Origin: Monocercomonoides exilis PA203
Lineage: Eukaryota; Protista; Preaxostyla
Length of the DNA stretch: 64,000 bases
Reading direction: 5' to 3'
Assembly: GCA_001643675.2 (NCBI GenBank)
Contig: LSRY02000049.1
Location: forward strand, 372,001 to 436,000
Below the pieces are notes generated by a model that was given only the letters and a program-made list of their open reading frames with translations, was not told the DNA's origin and made no database searches. The translations under genes were made by a program, and so were the position numbers. How positions within the stretch are numbered: the stretch's first letter is position 1; every line of letters starts with the position of its first letter. This document shows positions 24,150 through 39,000 of the stretch, one piece after another.

Positions 24150-26586
24150 CTACTGGGTGTGTTCCATGTTATGTGACGTGTGGAGATGTGATGAAATTGG
24201 AGTGTGAAGGGCAGAAGAAGTGGATGTTGTTGACTTTGATGGAGGGTAGCACGAATTAGACAGGCAAGAAGAGGTGGTTTGCTGAAGCTGTATGCATAGA
24301 GAAAAATGAAAATAGTACATAGGAAAAAAAATAATAATTTTTATTATAATTTAAAATTTTTGTTTGGACAAATAAAGAATAAAAAATATCAGAAAATATC
24401 AAGAAAAAGAAAGCAAAAAAATTATGAAAGTTTAAAAAGCATACATAAGGTTCGTCAAAATAAAGATCATCAGAAAGTGCTCGTCGTGTCATAGGGGCTG
24501 TTCTAAAGAACAGATCATCCTCGTCAAAGAAGTGAAGTCTGTCTTCGTCTTCGTCTTCTTCGTCAAGCTCATCAAACGCATCGTAGTCGTCCATCAACCC
24601 CATTCCGCTATGCAGCCCAAGCAAGTCAAAATCATCGAGCGTCTGTTCGTTCTCCATCTCGCATTCTCCTGCATTTTCATCCTCTAAGCTTTCTCCACTC
24701 CCATCTTCAGAAAGGAGAATCGAGTCAAAATGGAACTTTCCTCCATCGCTTGATATCCTATCGCCTGCAGCATCATCAATCTTCATTCCCAGGTCTTCGT
24801 CTTCATCGTCAATGATCCGCCCTTCAATTCCAATTTGCCTTATTTCCTTTTCAACATCATCCACACCTATGATTTCCTCGTTTTCATTCGGCATTTGCTG
24901 CTGCCTGAATTGCTGAATGTCCTCTGTGCTCATGAAGTGCTCGTCTTGTTCATCGATCTCATCAAACAAGCGCTGTCTGAGTTCATTTTTCGTTTTTTCA
25001 TCATAAATGCATCCTGTGGACCCTCTTCTTTGTTGCTTCGATTTCCTTCCTTCTGCTCTTTTGTTGATATCTGCTCTTTTCTGCGCATATGGTCCATTCT
25101 CATATTTCTGCTTCCCCTTCTTTGCATTTCCATCTAAATCAATATCTTGCATTTCAGCCTTCGACAACATAGGGAAAGGTGCAGTTGATGCCATCATCGC
25201 TTTTTCTCTTTGCATCATTTTTTCCTTTCTTCTCATCAGCACCAGCATTTGCTTCTCATACTGCTTTCTCTTCTTTTGTTCCAGTTTTGCTCGTTTCTCT
25301 CGTCTAAGTCGTTCTCTCGCTTCCTTTCGGGCTTTCTTCTCCTCTTCAGTCAGTCGCTCGATGTTCATTCCCTGGAATCTGATCGATGATGGTGTGCAGA
25401 ATGCGTCATGAAACGTAGAACGCTGTTGAACACTTTCCTCTGTCTTAAATTCGTCTTTGGCTTCTTCCTTTCTTTCTTTTGAATTCTGCTGCTCTGAATC
25501 ATCTGTCGAGGCTTTTTCGTTATTATCGCTTTCCTTTTGTTCAGTTGATCCCTTTTCTAAATCTTCTCTTCTCTTCTTTCCACTTCCTGCAGGAGGCACG
25601 TGAATAAGAGTCAGAGGTGAATGCACTGGAGTGGATGTGTTTGGCGGAACTAAAATTGTGTGCGCATCGAAAATTGGAGTGGGTGGATGAAAGTCAATGT
25701 CTGTATTTTTAGGCGTGCTTCTTGCAGATCCCAAAGAAGAAGAAGGTGTTGAAGGAATGGGCTGAGTTGACGAATACTTTGAAAGAGAACTTGAATGAAT
25801 TGGTGTTTGAAGCATTGAAGATCCTTCTAAACGCTGAGGAGGAATTGACGAAGATGAATTGTTTAAAGTTGAAAACGTAGGAGGAGTTCGCTTTGGCGTC
25901 AGGCTTTTTATTTCTGCGAGAAGATGCATACGTCTCTCCTTCCAACCTTCTCCTCCAACTTTCAGTGCCTTTGCAAGACGAATAAGCTGTCTTTTTCTTT
26001 GTTTCCGAAATGCGAGAACAACCCTGAATTCATCATCATATTCATCTCTCTTTCGACGAAAAGCTTCCATTTCCTCTGGTGATCTTGCCTTTAAGCCAAA
26101 AATTCCTTTTGGTGCTTCTGATTCGAATTCATCTTGCGGAGATGCTGTTGCATCTTGTTGTACTTCATTTTGAGCAGAATTGTTGTCACTTGATGTTGAT
26201 AATGGTGATTCTAAATTTGTTCCGAAAAATGAAAACAAACAGCAATCATCAAAGCAATACAAGAAAATAAAAAAGATTCAAAATAAATGCAAGTCAAGCC
26301 TAAATGTTTCATTGGCCTTCCTGGTGTTTTTGGATCGTCTATTTGCATTGTTCCATATGGCGAACGCTTTTTCTCTTCCTGTTTGAATAAAAAAAAGTTC
26401 ATATAATTTCACGAGAAATTTTGTTTTTCATACCTCTATTTCTTTCAATTGCTTCATGTCAAACATTACGCGAAGTCCTTCTAAATGAATAAAACCCGAA
26501 TTCACAAAAGAAAAACTCATGTGAATTGCAAAAAATTGAATCAAACTTTTTGGTGTGTTTTTGGGTGTTTCATTTTTCTGTTCCAT
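24150..26586 (-). CDS. Hypothetical protein, charged and low-complexity, multi-exon
   Basis: Main exon lies in the 668-aa ORF 24256-26262. Small upstream exons start from ATG 26586 and a terminal exon ends TAG at 24150. Exon limits are approximate. Confidence 0.6.
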
Positions 26587-26752
26587 GAGTAGTAAGATAT
26601 GTTGTTGATAGTTATGATATTTTCAACAAAATACACAAATTACAAGTTTGAATGGATGATCTAAGATCACTTTTGTAACCAATATTAACTACTTACCTTA
26701 GAGTTTCTGCCATAACATATTATCGAAAATCCGGAAATGGATATGCATGGTA

Positions 26753-27830
26753 ATGAGCGAAACCGAAGGATTACTTTCACAAATTGCTGTGTGCTACCTT
26801 TTTCAATTTATGCGTTATTCTTTTGTTTATTGAATAAATATTTTTAAAAATTTGAAGGTACTTGAAGGAAATGTTAGAGAAGAGCAATTACAAGTTAATT
26901 CTGCAGAAATTAAATTTCAACAGCTTAACGAGGAATTGGAAGCACGTTTGCTTGGATTTTATAGGAGTATTGCTTTTATTTGTGAAAGTTAAACGAAAGA
27001 ATCAGGTATTGTTAGCATCAATCCAGAAAAACGAAGAACAGTTGATCATGAAAACTGAAAATGCACGAGATCTCGAAAGCCAACTAGGTCGCGAAGCAAT
27101 AATGGATGATAATCTCAGAACAGAAGTTGGAGCTTTGCAGGAAGTTGCTGATAAAAAATTAAAAATTAATGAAGCTAAAATGTGTGCTTAAATTTGGGGA
27201 TATTTTTTCTTAGATTCTTTTACGCTTATTCTAGAACAAATTTACGAACAAAATATGAGGAATATTCAAGTAAGGCAAGATCATATCACATGTTTTTCAT
27301 TCAGCAGCCATCTTATCAACCAATTGTAGCGCTCAAAGCAGAACTAGCATCACTTCAAATGGGTTTGTTGTTTTTTTGAGTATTTTTTCATTCATGAATC
27401 ATAACCGAACTTTATTTTTTGATGAAATTTTTAAATAAAGAAGATGACTTTACGAATGACACAACAAAACAAAACGTTATTGATGAACTTTCTGAAGAAT
27501 TAGCTTCTCTACAACGAGAAGTGAAAGAAAAAAAGGAACAGAGAGAAGAAAGAATGAAAGAACTTAAAATAAATCATTCTCTCATGGCAGAATCACAACA
27601 TGGCGAAGATATCCAAAGGTATGAGATGAGATAATTCGATTTAAGTTCATTTTTTGCTATCACTTAATCAAATCTCCAATTTAAAAATCAAATTTATTTG
27701 AATCAGATTATACGCCGAACTTTCAGAAATGCAAAGACAAAAAGAAAAGCTCATTCAAGAAGTTGAATCAATAAGCTCATGCCATTTTTGCGATCATCAT
27801 TCTGAAAGAGAAAATTTAAATTCAGCTTGA
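26753..27830 (+). CDS. Small multi-exon coiled-coil protein
   Basis: Short E/K/Q/L-rich exons (e.g. IQKNEEQLIMKTENARDLESQLGRE; ELSEELASLQREVKEKKEQREE) separated by T-rich GT-AG introns. Stop TGA at 27830. Confidence 0.5.
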
Positions 27831-27923
27831 TTTATTTTTTTGTGTTTTGTTTGTTATTTTATTTGAAGCTATCAATTTTTGACATGTAGCCATTATTTAT
27901 TCCAATTAAAAGTTGATCAGAAG

Positions 27924-29591
27924 ATGAATGATGAATTAGACAAAATTTTATTGCAACCATATATTAATGTAAATGAATTAAAACATATTGCACAAATTAA
28001 AGGTCTTGGTTCACATGAATACAGACGGATTATTTGGCCTTTGCTTCTGAATGTTTCTCTTTCAAACAACTTTTCTCCGCGTTCATCTGAAGAAAAAACA
28101 AACAAATCAATAAATTATCGTAATCAGGCAATTCAACAAGCACCAACCGAACAGTTACGGAAACAAATTCATCTTGATTCCATTCGAACCTTCGGTGATT
28201 TTCACTCAAATTCAATGATTAAATTTGCCTTAAGACGTGACCTGGAACTTCTCATGAATAGCATATTTGCTCTAAATCCGAAACTTCATTACTATCAAGG
28301 CTACAATGACATTTGTAGTGTTTTTCTTGTTATTTTTGGAAGAGATAATGCTCTGTCTCTTCTGCAGAGAATATCAACAACGTATCTTTTAGCTTTGCAC
28401 GAACCATCGTTTTCCACTGTTTCAAAGTTCATGGAACTTCAGTTTCCGCTCATATCTTTATATTCATCGGAATTATATAAATTCTTATATGATTCCACTG
28501 TTAGCGAAAATTATTCTTTGCCTTGCTTTCTGACGTGGTTTGTAAATTTCATAATTTATCAATTATTTGTTTGAAATTGTTTTTTTAATTTTAAATCTAG
28601 GTTTTCTCATTCATTTGCGGTTCCTCCCTATCAAATAGTTGCTCGAATTTTTGATTTAATAATTGCTAGTCATCCGTTGATGCCTATTTATCTGTCATCC
28701 TCTCTTTGTTTGCATCCACGTGTAATGCGCCCAATGATCAATACTCGTTTATCTTCCAGAGATGATTTGGACGATGGATCATCATCAATTTCTTCGCTTT
28801 CGTGTGAGCAAGGAATTGTATGTGATTTTGCCACGGCTCATGCGCATCTTTCTTCTTTTATATCGTCAACATCTCCATTATTTTCAACAACAGAAAAAGA
28901 GGACTCTCCTTCCCAAGCAGAACTTCAGCAGAGTCATAAGCACAAAAAAAAGATTGAAAAGATAAAAACTATATTCATTTCGCATCCTTCTAATATGTCT
29001 AATAATCTTCAATCAAATTCAGCTTCACCATCAGCTTCATCTTCAGAAATATCATCAAATTCTTCATCTCAGCATTCATTGTTTTCATCAACTGATTCAT
29101 CCACAGTTTCTGTATTTATAAAAGGCTCTCCATTTGAAAGCCAGAAGGAAACTCCGTTTTTCCGCTCTTTCTTGCATTCGGGTCTTCAGATGATGGAAGA
29201 TTTTCCGCCTTCGCTTTTTATCAACAGCTCGGACAATGCAGCCGGAGAAATGAAGCTGCCAAATAATAAGCAGTCAGCCTCCCAAGAAGAGCAGGAGTTT
29301 TTCTCAAAGCATGACGTATCAATAAGAGAAAGTGTGGTTGATTATTCAAACATTCTGAGAGCCAAACGGGAAGAAAAGCAAAAGCAAGCTAATAATTTGC
29401 AACAGAATGCGGATGAAGACAGCGATGTTAATCCGTTCTTTGATCCAAGCGATAAAAGAGAAGAATTCTTCAAAGAAATAAAAAAAAATTCATCAACCAT
29501 TTCAAACACTCAGCACACAGACTCTTCTCAGATGAATACTCATTCCGAGTTAGCTAATTCAACAGCTTCTTCTGCCACTCAGCTTTATGAT

Positions 29592-29629
<38 letters not shown>

Positions 29630-30962
29630 TTCTTCCGTCTCTTCCTCATTCCATTCAACCAGTTCAGATATTTCCTTTAGCCCAGTTGTTGTTCCGCCGA
29701 CTGTTACACTTCCCACTTCGCATCCATTCAGCCACTTTTATGACCTTCCATTTCACATCACATCGCCTGTGCCTGCAGAGCTGCTCAGAAAGCACAATCC
29801 TTTCTTTGATGATTGGCTAAGAAAGAAAGAGAGGGAAAGAGGGGAAATGAAGGAGAAAGAGAAAGAGAAAGAGAAAAATGAAGAGAAAGAGAGAGTGAAG
29901 GAGAGTGATAAGGTAGATGATATGAGAAACAAGAACGTTGAAAACCAATCTGCACAAAATACAAATGATGAAGTTTCATTTAATAATCAGTTGGATAGCA
30001 ATCATTCTATAACAACTGAAGCACACCATGATAAAGAATTATATGAAAAAGAAGAGAACAAAATAAAAGATAAGAATGAAGATGTGATGAAATGCAAAAT
30101 AGATGAGGAAGAGGAAGAGGAAGGAAGAGAAGAAGAAGAAGAAGAAGAAATGAGCAATGCGCTAATTCTGCCAAACTTAACAGAAGAGACATATGGAAGG
30201 CTTCCTCCTTCAGCTTATGCTTCAATTTCTAAGACAGGCAAAATAAAAGAAAAAGGAGGAGGAGAAGAAGAAGGCGAGGAAATGGAAGATGAAGATAATG
30301 GTATTTTGCTTGTTTTCAATCAAAACGACGACTCAAACATACCAGAATCTCGACGTATTCAAGACGATCACAGAGATCATGACCTTGATCCTGTCAAAAA
30401 AGAACTTGTGAATACTTCAAAAACTTCAAGCAGTTCTACCAACATAAGATCAGTTGCGGAATATCTAAAACAATATCCAGGCAGCTCTTCGGTCGGGTTT
30501 TCTCCAATTCGCTTTATTGTCCCTCCTTCTCCTTCTCCTCGTTCTTCTTCAACATCTTCTTCTTCTGCATCTTCTATGAATATTTCTTTATATGAATCGT
30601 CTGTTGCTTCACTGCCAGATCCTCTCCCGTCTTTTCTTCCTTTTCTTTGGGAAGAGGAAATATGCACAGAGAGAGAAAGGGAACTGAGAGAAAAAGAACG
30701 ACAACATCAAATATTTGAAAAAGCAAGAATTAAAGCTGAAAATGAAAAATTAAATAGCATCACGCGACAGAGGCGCGGAACAAGCAGAAAATCAAATATA
30801 GAAAAATATGTGAAAAGCGTACAAAAAAATCTTTCAAGCATAATCATTCCATCCAAACCTGATGTGACAAAATTAAAAGAACGCATAAAAACATTGCTTC
30901 TTACGTTCCCATTTTTACTTGTTATTATTGTTATACTTTGCATCAATTTGTGTCAACAGTAA
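27924..30962 (+). CDS. TBC1D20: TBC-domain Rab GAP, TBC1D20/Gyp8-like, with C-terminal membrane anchor (~991 aa)
   Basis: R-finger QIHLDSIRTF and Q-finger HYYQGYNDI. Intron 28538-28600 gives LTWFSHS...RIFDLIIASHPLMPIYLS. Hydrophobic C-terminus LLLTFPFLLVIIVILC. Confidence 0.85.
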
Positions 30963-31173
30963 TTTGTAATTTTTTGTTTGTGGTGTTTTTGTTCTATATA
31001 TTATCTATTGTTATTTATGAATATTTCATTAAAATTATTTGATTTATAAAAAATAGGAGGATATTTCGTTTTGTGAATTATAATTGTATTTTTGACGGTA
31101 ATAAAAATCATGTGAAACTTAATAAGATTATAATCTTCTTTTCCAGGTTGATCAATTAGTATAATAATTTCAT

Positions 31174-34100
31174 ATGTCAACGCTTCGCTTTGAAATTTCG
31201 TCTTTTTCAAGTGAAGATGAAACAAGGCCAGTTCAAAACCTCTGCAAAAAGCAGCAACAAAATCCTGGATGGCAATCAGAAAAGTTTAATTTTTCGAAAA
31301 AAATTTTTTGAGTGAATTTTTTTTTATTTGTAGAAATCCTTCTTACCCACAGGAAATTACTGTTAAGTTTCCTGATGGACCTGTGCATTTAACTTCTTTG
31401 CATTTACTTTCCCATGAAATAAAAATTCCTTCTAAAATTGAATTTCAGCTTGGACTACCAAAAAATGGCGAATTTGCTGAATCTATTGATGAATGCTTTG
31501 TATTTATTCTTGGGTTTGCATTTCTTGATGAGCATTTTCACAATTTAATATTTTTTGTCAGTCATATTCTTTTTGGAAGCAATGAGCAAAAAAATTATCA
31601 ATATTCAGAGCTAAAATCTCTTGACTTAAATACTTATGCCCAATACATCCGATTAGTAATTTATCCTTGCCATCAAAATGAAATGAATGTTTTTAAACAA
31701 GTAGGCCTTCGTGCTATAAAGTTCGAAGGAGAAACTGTTTCTGAAAGTCCAGTTTGTAAAAAAAATATTTTATCTTCGATATTTAAGCATCTAATCAGAT
31801 TTTACAAGCGCAAATGAGGCAATTTTTATATATTGCAAGTGGAGGGATGATTCAATATGGATCACCATATGCTGCTCAAACGAAAGTGACAAGCAAGCAA
31901 AATGAACCTTCAGCCAAATCACCTGAAACTTCTATGCAAGATACAGGCACTTCGATAGCAAATGATTTGACTCAATTGGATTCTTCAATTAGCAGCGTTA
32001 AAAAGAACGTGGCAAAAGTTGAAGCAATGAGCGCTGCAGAATGCAAAGCAAAGTGTGGAATTGATTGGCAATTAGACGAACAAACAGAAGCTACTCTTGT
32101 AGAACTTGTTCAAAAGAAAGAAGAAAGTTCGGAAAAAGATGACTTTGACACAGCACTGAGAATGAAGAATGCAATTGACATTGTTAAAAATGTGTGCAGT
32201 GTTTTAAAGACATCCTCGGAATTCACATTATTTTTTAATGTTGCCTTTTTAATTGCAACAGGTTTCAAAGCGATTAGCCCAACTGGAAGAAGAGAAAGCC
32301 AAAGCAAAGATAGTCGATGACTTTGAATCATGCAAACGTGCCAAGCGAGAAATAGATCGGATTCGTGAAGATATTCGACAGACAGCAGAAGGAACAGGTG
32401 ATTGGAGCAAAGACCAGGAAGCAGAAGAAGACGCAGCATTGCGAGACAAAAAGCAGCACAGGAAAGCAAGAATCGAAAGTGGGAGGCGAAGAAGAGGAAG
32501 AGAGTCTGAGCGCTCACTTTCACCTCCGACGTTGTCGAACTTCCAGACTTCTGAATCGTCAGCATACCCATCTGCTACACAGGAATCGCCTTTGGCCACG
32601 TCTCATCTTTTGGGAACAACACAGTCAACATTTCATCCTTCCTCATCGCAGTCTCCTGCTTCCCTGAGGGAAAGAGGAAGAGGAAGGTCTCAATCGCTGG
32701 AGAACGACCGCAGCCGAAGCGAGCTGGCTGAGTTAGAGCGAGCTGAAATGATAGAGAGAGAAAGGGAAATCGAAGAAACGGAACGCCGCAAAGTTAAAAA
32801 AATGGTGAATGGTGCTGATAAAATGACTGATGAGGAAAAAGAAGCATTTGGACTGCTACCAAAAGGATCGAGTCAGCTGAGAGAGAAAGAAGATAATTTC
32901 ATCTGGGGCAAAAACTCACAGAAAATAAAAGAAAGAGAAGCGGCTGAAGAAGGTGAGGCTGGTAAGTATATGGAAAGATCAGGCAGCACTTCTGATGTTG
33001 CAATAGGCAAAGGTGAGAATGAAACAGCCAGAGAAACAAATTATGATCAGAAGTCTGCAGTGGCAAAGAAATCTTCAGATGAAGCTGCAATCGAGTTTGA
33101 AAATCAACAGAAACAGATTGGAATTGAGGGTTTGCTTTCACCTTTCTTTATGTTTTTTGATCTAAAGATTATTCTTGAATGAATTTGTATTCTTTCAATT
33201 TTTATTTTTTATTATTTTATCAACAGAAGAAGATGCAAAGCCTTTGACTGAAGGAGAGAAAGATGAATATGCAGCTCTGATAGAAATTGTTGGTGAAATG
33301 ACCGTTGCACGTCTTCGCAGCGAAGAAGGAGTTTTTGTTCTGAAAGGGCTGAGCGATGTCCAGTCGCTTTTCAGCGATGAAAAGGGAGCCTCAAGGGAAG
33401 TTGACTGCAACCAATTTGCTCCGCTTATTTCAGGCTTTCTCCTCCGCCTGCAGCAAAAGAAGAACGCTTCTGTATCGCGTGATGCGCTTGCACTTTGCAA
33501 CGTGATTTCTCAACGTATCACATCTCCTCCGGTGCTTTCTGAATTCTGTGAAGAGCAGCTGCGGAGCGTTGTAGAACGGGTGAATGACTCCAACCGCGGA
33601 GTGAAGGAGAAAGCTGCTCTGTTTGTGCTATTTTGCTCCAAGGAAGAATGCTTGGGCTCTCATCGAGTAATTTCGATGCTTATCCCATCGAAGAATACAT
33701 TGAACTATTCCTCTTCAACTGCACAGCTTTCACCTGCCAAAGCAGCGCAAGCTGTAACAACCAACTATGCAATTACCAACTGGAGGCTTCACTTGGAAAG
33801 GCTTTTGCTTATGAAGAATGTTATTCAACGATGGATAGAGTCGAAGTCATCCACGTCTGCATCAGCTTCTTCTTCCACCACCAATTTAGCAAAACGCACT
33901 GTAAAGTTGGGGCAAGCTGTGCCTATTGATGCCCTGTTGAATTATCTCACTGTTCAGCTCACATCATCTTCTGCTGAAGTGAGAAATGTCTCTGTTGATG
34001 TGTTTGTGATGTGTGCAAAGGAAGAAGAGGCTGAAAAGGGAGGGAAACTTGATAAGTTGAATGTGAGACTATTGGAAAAAGAAGAGTACGGAATTATTCC

Positions 34101-35289
34101 TGCTATTATCAAGAAAATTAGAGAGAAGCTGAACTTGCCTCAGGCTCAAAAAGAAAGTAGTGTGATCAAATCTACTCCAAATCCGCAGCAGGCATCAACT
34201 GCTTCTTTAACGCCCAAACGGCCTGGCCAAGCAGCTGGAAAGGGATTAGCTGAAGCTACCAAAAGTTCAGCATCTCCGTCTTTAAATCATTCTCCTTCAA
34301 AGGCAACAGGCATACCTCGTGCTTCGGCTGTGCCGAAAGGTAATTCTAAAATTCCTTCACTTCAACCAAAGAAGCCTGCAGCTTCCGGCACTTCAAAACA
34401 GCCCAGTCATTCACCTCAGAATCAAAAGAGTGAACCATCAACCTCCGTTTCAACTGTTGGTGGTGCTACACCAGGAGTGCAAAATCGAGCTGGAGTGGAA
34501 GACGAAAATGCAGACGATGATGAAGAAGACTGGACATACTGCGAATATTGCCTTTTGTCAAATGGAAGCTGGACGCAGAAGGATGTGATGGAACATCAGA
34601 GAAAAGAATGCCCACTTCTTGTTGAATGTGTCGAATGTAGATCGATTGTGCGTGTGGATGAATTGACTGTCCATTTGCTTACGCAATGTGCTCCTGCTGT
34701 TGCACGAGGCTTATACACGGAGTGCCCTCGGTGCCATGAAGCCATTCGCTCAGACGAACTCCAGCAGCACCTGGAGAAAGCGCAATGCATCCCTTCAGCT
34801 GCTGACAATGTGAAAGATGGAGAAGATCCACCTCCCACAATTCGCTGCCCACTTTGCCACAAAGACATTTCTGCGGTCGACGATGGGTGGACAGTGCATC
34901 TTGGAAGGAAGCCTGGCTGCCCCCAAAATCCGAGATCTAAGTTTATCAAAGACGGACCGTTTACATTTGATCCTACCACCACATCTGCCATGTCAGCTTC
35001 TCCGATGGTGGCTCCTGTCAGCTCTTCTGGTTCTAATCTTCCGTCTTCTCTTGTTTCATCATCGTCTTCAACTTCGGTCATTTCAACACCGATAAAAGGA
35101 GCATCAATTTCGGGAGTCTCTTCTAAGTCAATTGCTTCTCCTTCATCTCTTCCTAAGGGTGCTAGTAAAATTCCAATCCTCACTTCAACTGGATCTAAGG
35201 CTTCAAAGCAAGTAATAGCTTCTCCTAAGGCCAACACGTCATTGCCGAATAATTTTAAAAGTCAAATTCCTCATTTAAAGAAAAAATGA
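31174..35289 (+). CDS. CEP104: Centrosomal/ciliary-tip protein CEP104 (FAP256), ~1267 aa
   Basis: Introns 31284-31333, 31514-31561, 31752-31798, 32192-32261 and 33130-33226 keep the frame. N-terminal jelly-roll (GWQSEKNPSYPQEI...LLSHEIKIPSKIE...ELKSL...CHQNEMNVFKQVG), coiled coils (DDFDTA, DDFESCK), TOG-like region, and C-terminal zinc fingers (CPLLVEC, CPRCHEAI, CPLCH, CPQNPR). Confidence 0.93.
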
Positions 35290-36001
35290 AATAATTAAAT
35301 GTCCCTTATATAATAAAATGTTATTCAAATTATTGAACTAGTAGTTAAAAAATTTTTTTGAAATTTCTTTTTGGTAGATTTGATTTTCATTTATGTTTTT
35401 GTCTTTTTTTTTTTAATTTATTAAAATAACAATAAGAATAAAATTAGCGTTTATGTTATCACTCCGCTTTTATGTGAATTAATACATCTTCGATAATCTG
35501 GTTTATAGGAACAATAAAAAATAATTCTGTTTTCAAAAAAATATGGCAAGACCGCATTATATGGGAATGGCCTATTTTCTGTGAAAATAATATATGAGGA
35601 ATGTTAATAATATATATCAAGTTTTCATGCAACAGAGATGTGCGGAAGTTGACAATAAAGTAAAAAACAAAAAATGAAAAATTGAGGAAAAAATGGGTGA
35701 ATGGATTTTCAAAATTTTCAATTTTAAATAATAAATAATTAATCAACTTCCATGGGGTCAAATTCTGATGCACTTGCACTGTCCCCAGCTCCAAGTGAAT
35801 CTGATTCTTCAAATTCTGTCATTTGAAGAATGTCATTTTCATCAAAAATATCAGATTCTAATTCTGATTCTGTCGAGTCACTTTCTTCACTTTCAGATTC
35901 TTCTAATTCGTTTTCTTTTCCCGTTAAATCAAAGACGATTTCCTTTATTAATTCCTCAAATTGAATTTGTAAATTGCTTCTGACAGACCACATAGATAAA
36001 T

Positions 36002-39000
36002 GGGTGATAATTTTTGAAAAATCACTTTTTTTTAGCCTGATCAGACCCACAAAAAATCAGATCGATATTTTTTGTTACCGTAATTTTTTCAAAATTAATT
36101 AAAGCACTCTTTTTTTTTACTAAGGAAGAGTTTGTCGTTTAATTATTAACAATACACTTTGTTAACACAAACTGATAATGTCAAAAATTGAAGATAATAT
36201 GTTTTCTTCTTCTTATTTGAATGAAACTCGCGCATTTGAATATTTCAAAATTTCTTCTTTAATGAGATGAGTTTTTCCTTTAAATTATTCGAGTTAAAAC
36301 ATTAATTATCATTTTCACCTCATTGAGAATACAAAATAATTAATTAATTTCATTGAATCTTTTTATTTTCACATATTTTTTTCCTAACAATTTTGCTTCT
36401 TTTGACGTTTTCTACGAATCAAAAATAGCATTAAAACAATATTGAAAGAATTTATTTGGTTTTGTGCTGAAAAGCAATATATAAAAACTTATTAAAGCCA
36501 AAAAAATAATATCTTTAGTAATTTTTGAATAATGTTCATTGTTATCTCATGTTCAATCAACACTTTTCATCGATTGGAAATAGCAGCGTTATTAACTTCC
36601 GTAAGTTTCATTGATTTCATCGAGAGGAACATACTAATTATGATATTTGAATCTAACGGATCGAAGAAAAATTGAAATAAGCCATTTCGTTGAGAGCATC
36701 AGTTATAACTGGATTCGACTCAGGAGTGGAGTCATCTGCTGCATAAGGGTGCAGACGCACAAGCGAAATGACACTCAAGGAGATGTTTTCAGTTTTGTGA
36801 GAAGTGCCACTTCCTTTGCTTTCAGCATTTATGGGAACGTCGTCGGGGAGTTGGTAAATTTTCTGGAGATTGATGTGAATGCGTTCCCTTTGATCTGCGA
36901 TATACTTGACTGGTTTCCAACGCAATCAGTGAAGAAGTGGATGGTATCGTAATTGCTAAAGTCGGAGAGCGTGGCAGTGTAACTGGACGACAAAGGCGGA
37001 TGAAGTGCAGATGCTGAGAGAGGCTTTCGGGAATAACGAGGCGATGATGGCGGAGCTTGCAGGGGAGAAGGAGGAGCTGTGTGGCGGATCCTGGAGCTAA
37101 AGGAGCAGCATAAGGAGGCTAAGCAAAAGATAAAGAAGAGACATTCGGAGTTCAACATGCTGTTGCAGAAGATCAGGGACAAAGAGCGGATCTCGAAGAT
37201 GACGAGCGGGCTGGCAGAGCAGCTGCAGGAGAAGGACAAAATCATCCGAATGCGGGAGAGGAAGATTCTGGAGCTGACCGAAAAGCACAACATAGAGGAG
37301 AAGGGATTGCAGGAGCAACTTGTTGCAATGAAGGAGAAGATGTCGTATGAAGAGACAGGGCAGTTATAGGCCGGAATGGTTTAGACACCGGAAGGGAAGG
37401 AGAAGCAGAAGAGAAATATGAGCATGGAGTGTATTTTTTGTAAAAATTGATTACGATAGTGAATCAGATGATAACAGTTTCTGGGTTGCTTAGGCAAGAA
37501 GAGTTCGAAACGGTGCATGTGCTTTGGATACCGATCACGTTGCATTCGTTTGTGAGGATGAAGCGTTTATTGAAGCCACTGAAGACAGAGCTTAAGTATT
37601 CGCTGGTATGGAAACTGTTAACGTCCAGTGGATATTCAGAGACTAATTCGCAGAAAATATAAGCAGGAGCAGAGAAGTGTGGTCAAAGGTGGCGGATCAG
37701 ACGCAGATGTTTTGGGGCTTTGGATTTATGTGGATGCGGAAGAAGCGCGAAATCCAGAAGAAGGGAGAGGCTAATCGATAGATGATGATATGCGAGGTGA
37801 ATCCATACCGGAAGGACTTTGTGGAGGTGTGGCTGTTTGGGAAGTTTGTATAAATGTTCTCAGGAGATTTGTTGTTGTTCAAACTGGTATTTAACAAGGC
37901 GCTTGAAATAGAATCGAAGATAAAAATATAAATGTTTTTTGTGGTGTTTCAATGGATTCATATAAAGAAGCGGGACAAAGATGTGTTGATATTACTGTAG
38001 TTTCTTGAGAACTACGTCATGGAAGAAGCAGCAAAGCGGAAGGAGGCGATAAAGGAGCAGTGCGATCAGATGCATAGAGGCTCTCCATTGACATTATCAT
38101 CATCGTCATCGGGAGCTGTGTGAAGAGACATCTTTTCAGATGAAATTGAGTCTTTCTGTGCGCATCATTAGCTGAGGCTTTAAGCGCTGTAGATGTCAAT
38201 CTTCCATGATACGAATTAACTGTCTGTGTTCTGTTTGCTATCATTTACGCCGGTGCTTGAGGTGTGCCAGCGCAATGCCTTCTTCGAGCTGCGCCTGCAT
38301 CTGCTGAATGTGTGTGACACTGCTGACCTGTGAATACCTCTGACGGCGTCTGAAAACTGAGCGGTTGTGAAGAATGTGAATCATAACTTTGCGCTGCAGA
38401 GTCAAAGCTGCACTGTCGCGTGCGGGTGCTTTAATGGGTTTTGGAGGGAGCAGGGATTGAAATCTGGTTGAAGCGTTCGATGAAGAATATGAAGAAGACT
38501 GTGAGGAAGAAAGAAGGGTGGAGGAGTTGTTCTTTATGTAGTGGCTGGTGACGGAGTTAATGGAGTTGGATGATTGAGGCAGAGGAAGCGAATGAGAAAA
38601 TGAGGGTGTTGATTGAAATGAAGTGAAAGGACGTAATCCAATATCATAAAGTGTGTTTCGAGAAATAATCAAAAAGAATCAGGAGAAGCTGTAAAAAATA
38701 GTTGCGCCTCTGATTGTGGAAGAGCGTTTGCTGCAGTGGCTGAAGTTTGTGAAGTCGGAAGAGTTGATTGCGATTCCTCCATATTTTCCAAATCAGCAGA
38801 AGGAGAATTTTTCATCTGAAAGAGAAAAATCAAATGGAAACGAACGCGATTCTGGAAGAGAGTAAAGAGAAGAAAATGTGGAGCGAATATGAACGAGAAT
38901 ATGAAATGGATGTTTGGAGTCAGATGGAGAATTGAAACATTTTGGATAAGGCATGGATGGAGAAGATATATGTGATTATGCAGCGATTGAGGCGGTTGTG

